From Mobula hypostoma (lineage: Eukaryota), in NCBI RefSeq assembly GCF_963921235.1, contig NC_086106.1:49786001-49850000 (forward strand): DNA of 64,000 bases, written 5' to 3'. Shown here in pieces: positions 51,931-64,000 of this stretch. The position numbers and the translations under genes are program-made. Numbering within the stretch: position 1 is the stretch's first letter; every line of letters starts with the position of its first letter. The notes under the pieces were generated by a model that saw only the letters and a program-made list of their open reading frames with translations, was not told the origin of the DNA and made no database searches.

Positions 51931-52498
51931 ACCCTGCAATAATTCCTGTATTTATCACAATCAAACTAGATCGACAAGCCTAACACAATGTAAACATTTA
52001 TTTCTGATATTGATGATGTGTGCCTGATGTGGTTAGATATTCCTCCCCTGCTCTTTTAATGGATGAATTAATGAGTTTAAATAATCAGGTTATCTCCTTG
52101 TTTAAAATCACAAACTGTAGCATGTCCTGGGAATGTATTAACTTTTGTCAATCCTGTAATTTCAATCCTTTGACATTTACACTATTAATTATATCCTCAC
52201 CCAACATTTTCCATTTCCTCATCTTTCCCAGCTCTACTACATCATAAGTGAAATTTGAAACTAATTCAAACTCAGTTCCAGTGCTTTGTCTGAATAATTC
52301 ACATGAAAGTGAATGAACTAAACCTGATTTGATGCCAGTTGTCATCTGTAACCATTCTGTGTTGGACATTTGGCTCTGATAATATTCCAAATTGAAAATC
52401 ACAACTAAAGTTAGATGGCACTTTACAGCATCCAGAATGAATAGAAATGTTCAATGCATCTGCTATCATTGTGTGCATTACTACCAGATACAATTTAA

Positions 52499-52714
<216 letters not shown>

Positions 52715-53084
52715 TGATCTTTTTATTTAAAAGAACTGGGAGAAAGCGGTCTTTATGCAAAGAGTCTGAGTAAGCATAGAAATGCTGAATATAGATCTAA
52801 CACTCAGGGGTAGCTCATTACCCCAACATTCTATTCAACAGAATTCTTAAAGGAAATGATAGAATGCCAGTTACGTGTGTACTGAGTACTTTGAACTCTA
52901 ATTTTCTGAAAGAGGCTTTACAACATACCATTATCCCCAATTCTTCCAAAGCTAAATAAATTCTGAATGCTTTCATTTATGCCTTCTCCTGAATGCATTC
53001 TCTGTTCTCAACAGTGCTCAGCAATTTATTGACCTCTTAGTTGCACATGACTAATTAATAACTCAGGACAAGAGGGTGAACCCA

Positions 53085-53765
53085 TAGGACCATAAAATAT
53101 AGGAGCAGAATTCAGCTATTCAGCCCATCGCAATTCCTCTGCCATTCCATCATGGGTGATTTATTATCCCTCTCAACCCCATTTTCCTGCCTTCTCCCCA
53201 TAACCTTTGATGCCCTGACTGATCAAGAACAATCAACCTCCACTTTAAAGATACTCAATGACTTGACCACCACAGCAATGAATTCCACAGATTCACCAGC
53301 TTCTGGCGAACGAAATTCCTCCTTATCTCTGTTCTAAATTACCATCCCTGTATTCTGAGGCTGTGACCTCTGTTCCTAGACTCCCCCACTATAGGAAACA
53401 TGCTCTCCATATCCACCCTATCTGGGCCTTTCAATATTTGATAGGTTTCAATGAGATCTCCCTTTTTCTTCTAAACTTCAGCAAGTACACTCCCAGAGCT
53501 CTTAATATGTTTACTCTTTCATTCCTGGAATCAATCTTGTGAACCTCTCCAATGCCAGGACATTTTAGATAAGGGCCCCAAAACTGCTCACAATACTCCA
53601 GTTGCGGGGTCTGACCAATGCCATATGAACCCTCATCATTACATCCTTGGTTTTATATTCTGGTCCTCTTGAAATGAATGCCAACATGACATTTGTCTTC
53701 CTGACCACAAACTCAACGTTTAGTGAATCCTGCACAATGACTCCCAAATCCTTTTGTACCTGAAA
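53085..53765 (-). mobile_element. CR1 LINE 3' fragment
   Basis: KTNVMLAFISRG.EYK.KDVM. Confidence 0.85.
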
Positions 53766-54432
53766 TTGCTCCGTGTCTAGAATTGTCGGGTACAGTCTTT
53801 CATTGGTTCTATTATGTTTCCTGGATTTGCTGAGTGTACCCTCAAGAAAATGAATCTCAGGTTATATATGGTGACATATACACATATACTTCGATATTAA
53901 ATTTACTTTGTACTTTGTGCTTTGTACTTTTGTGTTCCTTTGTTGTCAGTCATTCTCGTTCCTGGAACTCATTACTAAAAAGCACTATTGACCAGAAACA
54001 CCTTACCAGTTCAAAAAGGCAGCTCACCACCACTTTGCCACCAGTCCCAACATCTCAAATGATAAGATAAAAATTCCCAACTTAATAAATTGATTTATGG
54101 TGAGTATAATTGGTGTACAATTGAGGTAAAATGTGTACCACAATCATCAGACCGCCATTTATATTTTACAGTTTTAGTACATTATGAGTTCGCAATTTCA
54201 GATTTTGTGAAAAATGTGAACATTGAAGCAAATGCAATCCCTTATATTACCAGTTAACTCTGTCTCTGTGACAATTACTCACAGTGATAAAGAATCTTTA
54301 ACAATAGTAACATTCCAAGCAGTTGAGCATTAGAAGGAGAACTATTAAAGGAGGCTCCTTAATACGAAGTGTTACAATGGGCAGAATTTTAGGAAGAGAA
54401 TTTGCAAGAGTAACATTGAGACACTAAAGATT

Positions 54433-54945
54433 TATATAACCATATAACAATTACAGCACAGAAACAGACCATCTCGGCCCTTCTAGTCCATGCCGAACTC
54501 TTACTCTCACCTAGTCCCACCGACCTGCACTCAGCCCATAACCCTCCATTCCTTTCTTGTCTATATATCTATCCAAACAACATTGGAACCAGTACAGATC
54601 CCTGAGGCACACCACTAGACACTGTCCTCCAATCTGACACACAGTTATCCACCACTACTCTCTGGTGTCTCCCATCCAGCCACTGCCGAATCCATTTTAC
54701 TACTTCGATACTAATGCCTAACGATTGAACCTTCCTAACCAATCTTCCATGTGGAACCTTGTCAAAGGCCTTACTGAACTCCATATAGACAACATCCACT
54801 GCTTTACCCTCGTCAACTTTCCCAGTAACCTCATCAAAAAATTCAATAAGATTTGTCAAACATGACCTTCCACGCACAAATCCATGTTGACTGTTCCTAA
54901 TCAGACCCTGTCTATCCAGATAATTATATATACCATCTCTAAGAT
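54433..54945 (-). mobile_element. young CR1 fragment (RT segment fused to 3' tail by internal deletion)
   Basis: SQHGFVRGRSCLTNLIEFF..FSKAFDKVPH..GVPQGSVL directly followed by the 3' tail. Confidence 0.9.
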
Positions 54946-55041
54946 TACGTGTGTTAAGTTTACGTTTACATGTGTGAAGTTGTGAATCTGAGAGTGAAAG
55001 AGATGAAAGGGACTGGAAAGGGCAGAAGTAGAATGGATCAA

Positions 55042-55306
55042 AAACACAAGAAAATCTGCAGATGTTGGAAATCCAAATCAACGCACACTAAATTCTGGAG
55101 GAACTCAGTAGGCCAGGCAGCAGCTATGGAAAAGAGTCAATGTTTCAGGACAGACTTCCAAAAATCATAGGAGTTTCACAAATCTGCATATAGTTGATGA
55201 AAAAAGTCCTGATGAAGGGTCTCAGCCTGAAAAGTTGACTGTTTACTCTTTTCCATAGATGCTCACTGGCCTACTGAGTTCCTCCAGCACTTTGTGTGGG
55301 TTGCTT
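55042..55306. mobile_element. fold-back Penelope-derived mini-element with hammerhead motif
   Basis: Perfect 13-bp TSD tagaatggatcaa (55029-55041 / 55307-55319); inverted pLTR arms. Confidence 0.9.
55205..55240 (+). ncRNA. minimal type-I hammerhead motif on the host sense strand
   Basis: AGUC-CUGAUGA-AGGGUCUCAGCCU-GAAA-AGUU-GACU; core intact, stem III palindrome mutated. Confidence 0.65.
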
Positions 55307-56809
55307 TAGAATGGATCAAGTGAGTTCTGGAAAGAGTTTGTAAACAACCAATGCAGTATCCTGTTCTCAGCATTTAGCATTTTGTGCTTAAGTAGCCGAT
55401 TGCTTACATGAGCTCCACACACAATGACTTCCTGAAACCAGCATTCATGTCAATATCAGGAAGGGCATCTACAAAATGCCCAGTGCTCCAGTTCTCTTGG
55501 CAGAGGCAGCAGTGTTTATTCAGCAGTTCACATCTCGTTAAAATCCACAGAATGCAAGAATAAACATAAATAAATAATGCGTCATTACAAAATGGTCTTT
55601 CGCACAAAGCCTTCAGTTTTGACTAATTGCCTTTTCTCGTCAATTATATGCATGTTTGTGAATCTCCTGTGATTTTCGGGAAAAAAATACTTATGTTAAG
55701 GTTAATCCTTCAAAAACGATGTGCACAACAGAACTACAATGCTTCATATTCTTGTTAAATAATGTCATACACGAAAAGCACTACCCTGTCACATCATATA
55801 ACCTGCTTGCACCAATGGACAGAAGGTGGTTTTAGCATCTACTACAGGGGCAAAGAGATCAGTATTCACCTTCATTTGTGAAATTGTAATATTTACAATT
55901 CAAATGTCACAAGCAAATATTTTTAAAAATAGAACAACATTGAAATCCGTTTATTATTATGTATGACATGAAATTTGTTGTTTTGCAGCAGTAGTACAGT
56001 GGAAGACATAAAATCACTATAGATTACAAAATAAATAAATAAATAGGGCCAAAGGCAGGAATAACGAATTAGTGTTCATGGATTCACGGACCATTCAGAA
56101 ATCTGATAATGAAGGGGAACAAGCTGAACAATAAAAAGGGGGAAATAACTTTATGTCTTGGAACTGCCACAAAACAATAAAATTCACATCATAAAAGACA
56201 ACGATAATCAACCTGATTCTGCTTATTGTTATGTGAAATTTGAATCGCGAGCTTACTGTGTGAACTACTAATTCCACAAACTGATACCAACTAAGTCGAA
56301 TCTCAACAAGGTTTAATGTAGTGAATTTAGTTGGGAAAACCCTGTCTTGGCCTGGGTGAAGTCCCTTGTCCACATACCCTGGGCAGATGTCATTTCTTGG
56401 CCCTGATACCAAGGGAAATTACAAGCCAACTATAAAGCCAATAAAGACTGGCTTTATTTATCTGTTAGCTGTTGTATGAGGGGCCACCACTACACCAAAA
56501 TGAAAGGATTAAAGCTCTAACGATACAATTCAGCAACAAAGGCAATTTTTGGGTATTGTTCAAAATACCTCTGTGAATAATTTTTGATGGATGATGCAAA
56601 GCATTGTGTCACTCCTAAGGAAATAATGCAAACATAAAGTCAACTTGACGCAATTCTGCAATTTGAGGTTTATCACACAAAATCACAATTAGAATAAATT
56701 AATTAAAACAGTTTATGATTTAATTAGATCAGTTCTAGCTACATTAATGACTGGGTGCCCATGGTGGAGAAATTAACTTCCACTAATTATCATTTTTGGC
56801 AAAACCTAA

Positions 56810-56976
<167 letters not shown>

Positions 56977-57374
56977 GTAAGTGTTGAAAGTAGAATTTGT
57001 AAAACAAGGGGATTATTTGCTCAACTTTAAACATCTAAAGATAAAATTTCTTGACTGTGGGCAATTGCTTGTATTTTGGCCAATTTGAAACTGAAACCTG
57101 CAATATCACACCAAAATTAACAGTGAGAAAATCAATCTAAATGACTTGGATGAAAATGTTGGTGGTCTGATTAATAACTTTGCAGATGACAGAATATTTG
57201 TGGAGTCATAGATAATGAAGAAGATTGCTCAAGGATACACTGGAACATAGATGAGCTAAAAGTCTAGCCAGGACAGTGGCAAATGGAATTTAATGCAGAC
57301 AAGTTTATTGTTCTTCCTTCTTTGTGGATAAGTTAATTCCACTCTGAATTACTGTTTAGGTTCCAAGATGTTGG

Positions 57375-60133
57375 AGTGGACAATGGTTATTTGAGGCTTT
57401 AGCTCTTCGAGCTTTCAGTGAGGAGAGGCTTGTGAGAGAGAAGATTAAAAAACTGTAGGTGGATTTTTTTCAGTTTATTTATTGTTTCCTTCTTTATAAT
57501 TGTACAGTTAGAGCAGTAGCAGAGGAAAGTCACAGCAGTTGGGTCTCTGGCACTGAGTCTGGCTTTCTGACTCAGAAGGGAAGGGGACGGGGAGAAGAGC
57601 TGTGGTGATAGCAGATTCATTAGTCAGGGGAATAGAAAGAAGGTTCTGTGGACAATTCTAAGATGGTATGCTGCCTACCAGGTGCCAGGGTCCGAGACAT
57701 CTCCGATTGAATCCTCCGCATTCTTAAGTGGGAGGGTGAGCTGCCAGAGGCCATGGTCCATGTAGGTACCAATGACATAAGTAGGAAGAGTGAAGAGGTT
57801 CTGCAAAGTGTGTTCAGAGAGTTAGCAGTTCAGTTAAAGTACAGGAACTCCAGGGCTGTGATCTCAGGGTTACTACCTGTGCCACGTGATAGTGAGGCCA
57901 GAAATAGGAAGTTCATACTGTTTAACACAAGCAGGAGGGAGCACACCAGCATTTTGCAGGGGGATGGGAATCATAGTGCCAGAACAGTGAGCAGAGAGAT
58001 TGTGGAGACAGATATTGTTAAGACCTGAGACACAAAGTCAAGAACCAAAAGGTTAAGCATGGTGTGACTAGGTCCTGAGCTGTGTATAACTCAAAGCAAG
58101 AAATATCGTAAGAAAGGCAGATGAGCTCAGGAGATGAATCAGCACCTGGAATTATGATATTGTAGCCATTAGTAAGACGTGGTTGCAGGAGGGGCAGGAC
58201 TGGCAGCTCAGTAATCCGGGGTTCCATTCTTTTAGACGTGACAGAGCAGAAATGATTAAAGGAGGAGGGGTGGAGTTACTATTCAGGGAAAATGTCATGG
58301 CACTGCTCTGTCAGGACAGACTGGAGAACTCATCTAGTGAGGCATTATGTGTGGAACTGAGAAATAAGAAAGGTATGACCATGTTAATGGGGCTATATTA
58401 CAGACCACCCAACAATCCGAGGGATTTAGAGGATCAAATTTGTAGAGAGATCACAGAAGCATAAGGTTGTTATAACAGGTGAGTTTATAACAGGTCACAG
58501 TTTGAGGATAGAGGGGAAGCCTTTTAGGACCGAGATTAGGAAAAACTTCTTCACACAGAGAGTGGTGAATCTGTGGAATTCTCTGCCACAGGAAACAGTT
58601 GAGGCCAGTTCATTGGCTATATTTAAGAGGGAGTTAGATATGGCCCTTGTGGCTACGGGGGTCAGGGGGCATGGAGGGAAGGCTGGGGCGGGGTTCTGAG
58701 TTGGATGATCAGCCATGATCATAATAAATGGCGGTACAGGCTCGAAGGGCCGAATGGCCTACTCCTGCACCTATTTTCTATGTTTGTATGTTTCTATGTT
58801 TCCACATATTTACTGGGAGCCCTATACTGTAAGAGGACTAGTTAGGATAGAGTTTGTTAAATGTGTTCAGGAAAGTTTCCTTAATCAGTACATAGAAGTC
58901 CCAATGAGAGCGTGTGCAATACTTGATTTTCTATTAGGGAATGAGACAGAGCAAGTGACAAAAGTTCATGTAGGGGAAATCTTTGCATCTAGTGATCACA
59001 ATGCCATTAGTTTCAAAGTAAATATATAAAAAGATACGTCCAGTCAGCAGGTTGAGATTCTAATTTGAAGGCCAATTTTGATGGTATTAGAAAGGATCTG
59101 GCAAGTATGGTGTGGGACAGGCTGTTTTCTGGCAAAAGTGTATGGAAAGTGGAAGGCTCTCAGAAGTAACGTTTTGAATGTACAAATCAGAATAAAAGGT
59201 AAAGCTAACAGGTGTAGGGAACCTTGGTTTTCAAGAGATATTGAGACCCTGGTTAAGAAAAAAAGGAGGTGCACAATAGGTATAGGCAGGTAGGAACAAA
59301 TGAGGTGCCTATGGAGTATAAGAAATGCAAGAGAACACTTAAATAAACCAGGAGGGCTAAAAGAAGGCATCAGGTTGATGTAGCAGACAAATTGAAGGAG
59401 AATCCTAAGGAATTCTACAGATATATTAAGAGCAAAGGATTGCAAAGACAAAATTGGTCCTCTGGGAGATCAAACTGGTAATCTACATGTGGAGCCAAAA
59501 GAGATAGGAGAGATCTTCAATAATTTTTTTGTATCTGTATTTACTCAGAAGATGGACACAGTGTCTTTAGAAGTGAGGCAAAGCAGTATAACTTCATGGG
59601 CCCTGTACAGATATTACAGAGGAAGAGAAACAAATTAGGATGGATAAATCCTGTGGGAGGCAACTGCAGAAATTGCTGGTGCCCTAGCAGAGGACCAGAG
59701 TTATAAGGAAAGATTGAATAGGTTAGGACATTATTCTTTGGAGTATAGAAGATTGAGAGGAGATTTGATAGAGTCATACAAAATTATGAGGGGCATAGAT
59801 AGGGTAAATGCAAGCAGGCTTTTTCCACTAAGGTTGGGTGGGAGAACAACCAGAGGTCATGAGTTTTTGGTGAAAGGTGAACAGTTTGAGGGGAACATGA
59901 AGGGAAACTTCTTCACTCAGAGGATTGTGAGAGTGTAGAATGAGCTGCCAGCGCAAGGGATGCATGCAAGCTTAATTTCAATGTTTAAGAAATGCTTGAA
60001 TAGGTACATGGATGGCAGGGGCATGGAGGGCTATGATCTGAGTACAGGTCATTTGGAGTAGGCTGTTTAAATGGTTCAGCACTGACTAGATGGCCGCAGA
60101 ATCCATTATTGTGCTGTAGTTTCCTATGACTCT
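57375..60133 (+). mobile_element. CR1 LINE with multiple internal deletions; younger CR1 3' end inserted at ~58493-58799
   Basis: HVGTNDI, ISGLLPVPR, GLYYRPPN; same subfamily as 7.7-13.9 kb. Confidence 0.9.
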
Positions 60134-60139
60134 CTAAGA

Positions 60140-60900
60140 GTAAGGTAGTTCAGTTTGGGAATTCATATATTTCTAAAAAGACATTTAGAGTAAATGGCGG
60201 GGGCCTTAGGAATGTTGATACAGAAAAAGCCAGGGTGCAATTCCAAAGCTTGCAGAAAGTGGTGACACAGGTGGATAGGATAATGAAGAAGGCATTCGGT
60301 ATGTTTGGCTCTATAGTCTGAGGCACTGAGTATTAGTATGGGAATACTATGTTGCAGTTGTCAAAAAAAGCTTTGGGTAGATCACATTGAAGTAGAATTC
60401 TGTAGTATTCTAGTTGCCACATTACAGGAAGGATGTGGTAACAATAAAGGGAATGCAGAAGAGATTCACCAGGGTGTTTCCCAGAATGGAGTCTTGTAGT
60501 TATACAGAGAGATTGAATAGGCTAGGTTTGTACTGACACAAACATAGGAGGTAAAGAAATAATCTTGTAGAGGTTTATAAAATTCTGATGGGCACAGATA
60601 GGATAGGTAGAATACATTCCTTGAAAGGGGACCCTAGAACTAGAGTGCACTAGTTAAGGGGAGAAAGAAGAAATTTAAAAGAGATCTGAGGAGCAAGTTT
60701 TCCACAGGGGGTGGTGATTATCTAGACTGAGCTGCCATAGGAGATGGCAGAGCTAGCATTGAGAAGGAATTTGCCCATGAACACAGAGAGGAAGGTATGG
60801 ACCTAATGCAGGAAGTGGGATTAGTGTACATTGACATCATGATCAATCTGGATGAGGTGGGCCGACAGGCTCCATTCCTGCACTGTACAATTCTATGATA
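60140..60900 (+). mobile_element. older CR1 3' fragment
   Basis: Degenerate CR1 C-terminus and tail. Confidence 0.7.
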
Positions 60901-61109
60901 CAATCATAGATGAAGGAACACACAGAGAATTAAATAAACTAGTTTGTGCAGTTATACTGTAACTTACCTATGTGCTTGTTTGTGAATTTGCAAAGAGCAG
61001 ACATCTGTCTTTTAATTCCCTTCTTTAATTAAGGTCAAACAAAAGTGAAAAAAATATATATTTCTGAACACACAGAGCAGATCTTGCGATGAGTAAGATG
61101 ATAATTGAT

Positions 61110-61295
61110 ACAAAAACAGAAAACGTTTGGAAATACTCAGTTGGTCAGGCAGCATCTGTGGAAAGAAAAACAAAACCAACATTTCAGGTCCTTGACATTG
61201 ACTGTTGCTCCTTCCACAGATGCTGCCTGGGTGTTTCCAGCATTTTCTGCATCTGCAGTTTTTATTTTATGTTTTCATTTCCTGGATGTTTGGCA
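61110..61295. mobile_element. old fold-back Penelope-derived mini-element
   Basis: caggcagcatctgtggaa / ttccacagatgctgcctg arms. Confidence 0.7.
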
Positions 61296-61516
61296 TTCTG
61301 CTTAACTTCCCACCTAAATGATGTCAGTAGAAATTTGGGAAAACTGTAGATGGAACAGGCTAGAGATTTCTGAGTCAATAATTTTATAATATTGCATGGA
61401 CTAAAGAACTAACACCAAAACCAATGTGCTTTGCTTAATAACTACTCGCTAAAAGTAATAATCTTCCTTCTTTTCTGGTCAGTGTTGTGTGACTGTAACA
61501 TTTTGTTTCCCTGAAG

Positions 61517-61588
61517 TGCCTTCAAGGCTTGTCATCCAAAAATTAAGAGCTTCTACTTTGCAACCGACTCCTTGGAAGAAATGAACAG
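61517..61588 (+). CDS. CNKSR2-like PH domain exon (Y-AFKACHPKIKSFYFATDSLEEMN)
   Basis: tttccctgaAG / GTAAAG; 72 bp, phase 2 to phase 2; AFKACHPKIKSFYFA matches CNKSR2 (recalled). Confidence 0.96.
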
Positions 61589-61825
61589 GTAAAGTAGTTC
61601 CATTCTGAGAAGTAATATTCAAGGTTTTGAATAGTAACATCATGCGTAGAGAGTAATGTGTTTAGCCAGTTTTGTTTCATGTAAATGGCAGATTATGAAG
61701 AGTAACTGATAGTGATATTATTATTAATATCACAGATGAAATCACATAGAACTTGCACTGAGCTTCCATTAACACATTGTGAATGAACACCTAGTATAGA
61801 TTTAAAACAAAATATGCAAGTTGCT

Positions 61826-63585
61826 CAGAATCAGAATCAGGTTTAATATCACCGGCATATAGTATGTCATGAAATTTGTTAATTTTATATCAGCGATGCA
61901 AAGAAATATATGAAAAATAAATATAGAGAAAAAAATCTGAGTTATGTTAAGTGTGTATGCATGTGTGTTTATTAAATAGTTAAGCTAAAATAAGTACTGC
62001 AAAAAAAACAGAAAAAAAGTAGTGAGGTCGTGTTCGTGGATTCAATGTCTATTTAAATATTGGATAGTAGAGGGGAAGAAGCTATTCCTGAATCGCTGAG
62101 TGTGTGCCTTCAGGCTTCTGTACCTCCCTCCCAATGGTAACAATGAGAAGAGGACATGTCCTGGGTGGTGAGGATCCTTAATGATGGATGCTACCTTCAC
62201 AAGGCACTGCTCCTTAAAGACGTCTTAGATATTACAGAGGCTAGTACCCATGACTTGTAATCTTACAAATTCCTGCAACTTATGTTGGTCTTGTGCAGTA
62301 GCCAGCTCCCCACCCCATACCAGAAGGTGATGCAGCCACTCAGAATGCTGTCCATGGTAGATTTGTAGAGGTTTTTGGTGTTTTAGTTGACAAACCAAAT
62401 CTCCTCAAATTCCGAATGAAATATAACCGCTGTCTTGCCTTCTTTATAGTTGCATCAATATGTTGTGTCCGGGTTAGGTCCTCAGAGATATTGACACCCA
62501 GGATCTTGATGTTGCTCACTCTCTCCACTTCTGATCCCTCTATGAGGATTGGTTCGTGTTCCCTCATTCTGAAGTCTACAATCAGCTCTTCAGTCTTACT
62601 GACAGTGAGTGCAAGGTTGTTACTGCGACACCACTCGCTCTCTCATCTCCAGCTGAGATTCTGCCAACAATGGTTGCATCATCAGCAAATTTATAGATGG
62701 TATTTGAGCTGTGCCTAGCCACACAATTGTGGGTATGTAGAGAGTGGAGCAGTGGGCTAAGCACACACCCCTGAGGTGCGTCACTGTTGATCCTCAGCAA
62801 GGAGGAGATGTCATTTCCAATGTGTACAGATTGTGGGTTTCCAGTTAGCAAGCTGAGGGTCCAGTTGCAGAGGGAGGTACAGAGGCCTAGAGTCAGTAGC
62901 TTTTCAATCAGGACTGTTGAAATGATGGTGTTAAATGCTGAGCTATAGTCAATAAACAAAATCCTGACATAGGTGTTTGCATTGTTCAGGTGATCCAAGG
63001 CTGCTTGGAAAGCCATTGAGATAGCTTCTGCTATGTACTTATTGTGGCAATAGACAAATTACATTGGGTCCAGGTCCTTGCTGAGATAGGAGTTGATTCT
63101 CATCATAATCAACCTCTCAAAGCATTTCATCACCTTAGATGTGAGCACTACTGGATGATAGTCATTAAGGCAGCTCACACTGCTCTTCTCGGGCACTAGT
63201 ATAATTATTGCTCTTCTGAAGCAGGTGGGAACTTCTGACCATAGCAAAGAGAGATTGACGATGTCATTTGGTTGGTACTGGTTTTCAGAGCCTTACCACA
63301 TACTCCATCAGGCCCTGCCACATTGCGAGTGTTCACCCTCTTGAAAGACAGCCTAATTTTGGCTTCCAAACCAGAGATCACAGGATCAGTGGATGCTGCG
63401 AGGATTCTCATAGTTGTGGCTTTATTCTCCCTTTCAAAGGAAGCATAAACGACATTCAGCCTTTAGGGAGGCTATTGCCCATGATAGAGCTGGCAGAGTC
63501 TGCAACTTTCTGCAGATTTTAACGATCCTGTGCAGTGGCCCCTCCATACCAGATGGAGATGCTCTCCAAGTACACCTGTAGAAAT
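61826..63585 (-). mobile_element. Rex1/Babar LINE, 5'-truncated (plus a short extra piece at 63490-63585)
   Basis: tcagaatcagaatcaggtttaat tail; [26 protein letters not shown]. Confidence 0.92.
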
Positions 63586-64000
63586 ATCTATCTAGGATGC
63601 CTAAGACTTCTTTTGCACAGCACTGAATTTGTCAACATGGAGTAGGGAGTGAGTTTGTAAATCTGGGAGCAGAGGATGTTGGGAATGGCGAGGGTGGAAA
63701 GCTGTGGGAGGGTTGGGGGACAGGTGGCAGAGAAGGAGTGCTGAGACCGGGGATGGTGCAGGTGTAGACACACCCAGCCATGAGACACCAGGCAAGCTCA
63801 TTTGATTCATAGCGATTGGTTTATTGATCATTTCAGAATATCTCTCTGGTGCTTCCCACTCCCTTCCCTCTCCTTTCCCGTTTTCCTAAGCATGAATCCC
63901 CTCTCCCTGCCCGCATTCCATTCTCAGTCCTCAATACAAACCCACATCTGTATCAGATTTATCATCACTCACATATGTCATGAAATTTGTTTTTTTTTTG
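63586..64000 (-). mobile_element. second copy of the 21929-22466 element (runs off the window)
   Basis: Reverse-complement match incl. ggctgggtgtgtct..cacc, cattcccaacatcct and the Rex1-type tail. Confidence 0.85.

Overview
Vertebrate genomic DNA, not prokaryotic. The repeat landscape (V-SINE/HE1-like SINEs, CR1 LINEs with esterase ORF1, Rex1/Babar LINEs, Penelope elements) suggests a cartilaginous fish, probably a ray; this is inference. The window lies inside one large + strand gene of the CNKSR (connector enhancer of KSR)/IPCEF1 family. Four exons are well supported (49038-49086, 52518-52690, 56903-56976, 61517-61588). They have GT-AG ends and compatible phases and encode the basic linker plus most of the PH domain. 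Two further upstream exons are possible. Most of the rest is intronic transposon debris: CR1, Rex1/Babar, RTE, L1/Tx1 and L2 LINEs, Penelope elements, V-SINEs, hAT and Tc1 derivatives, and a solo LTR, often nested. Most listed ORFs are TE fragments or noise. The most interesting unannotated signal is a minimal type-I hammerhead ribozyme motif. It is intact in a young Penelope copy and recurs in short (~175-265 bp) fold-back, TSD-flanked Penelope-derived mini-elements, one of which places the motif on the host pre-mRNA strand. Two chimeric DNA transposons carry captured pieces of other TEs. All family assignments come from motif recognition, not database searches; repeat boundaries without TSDs are approximate.
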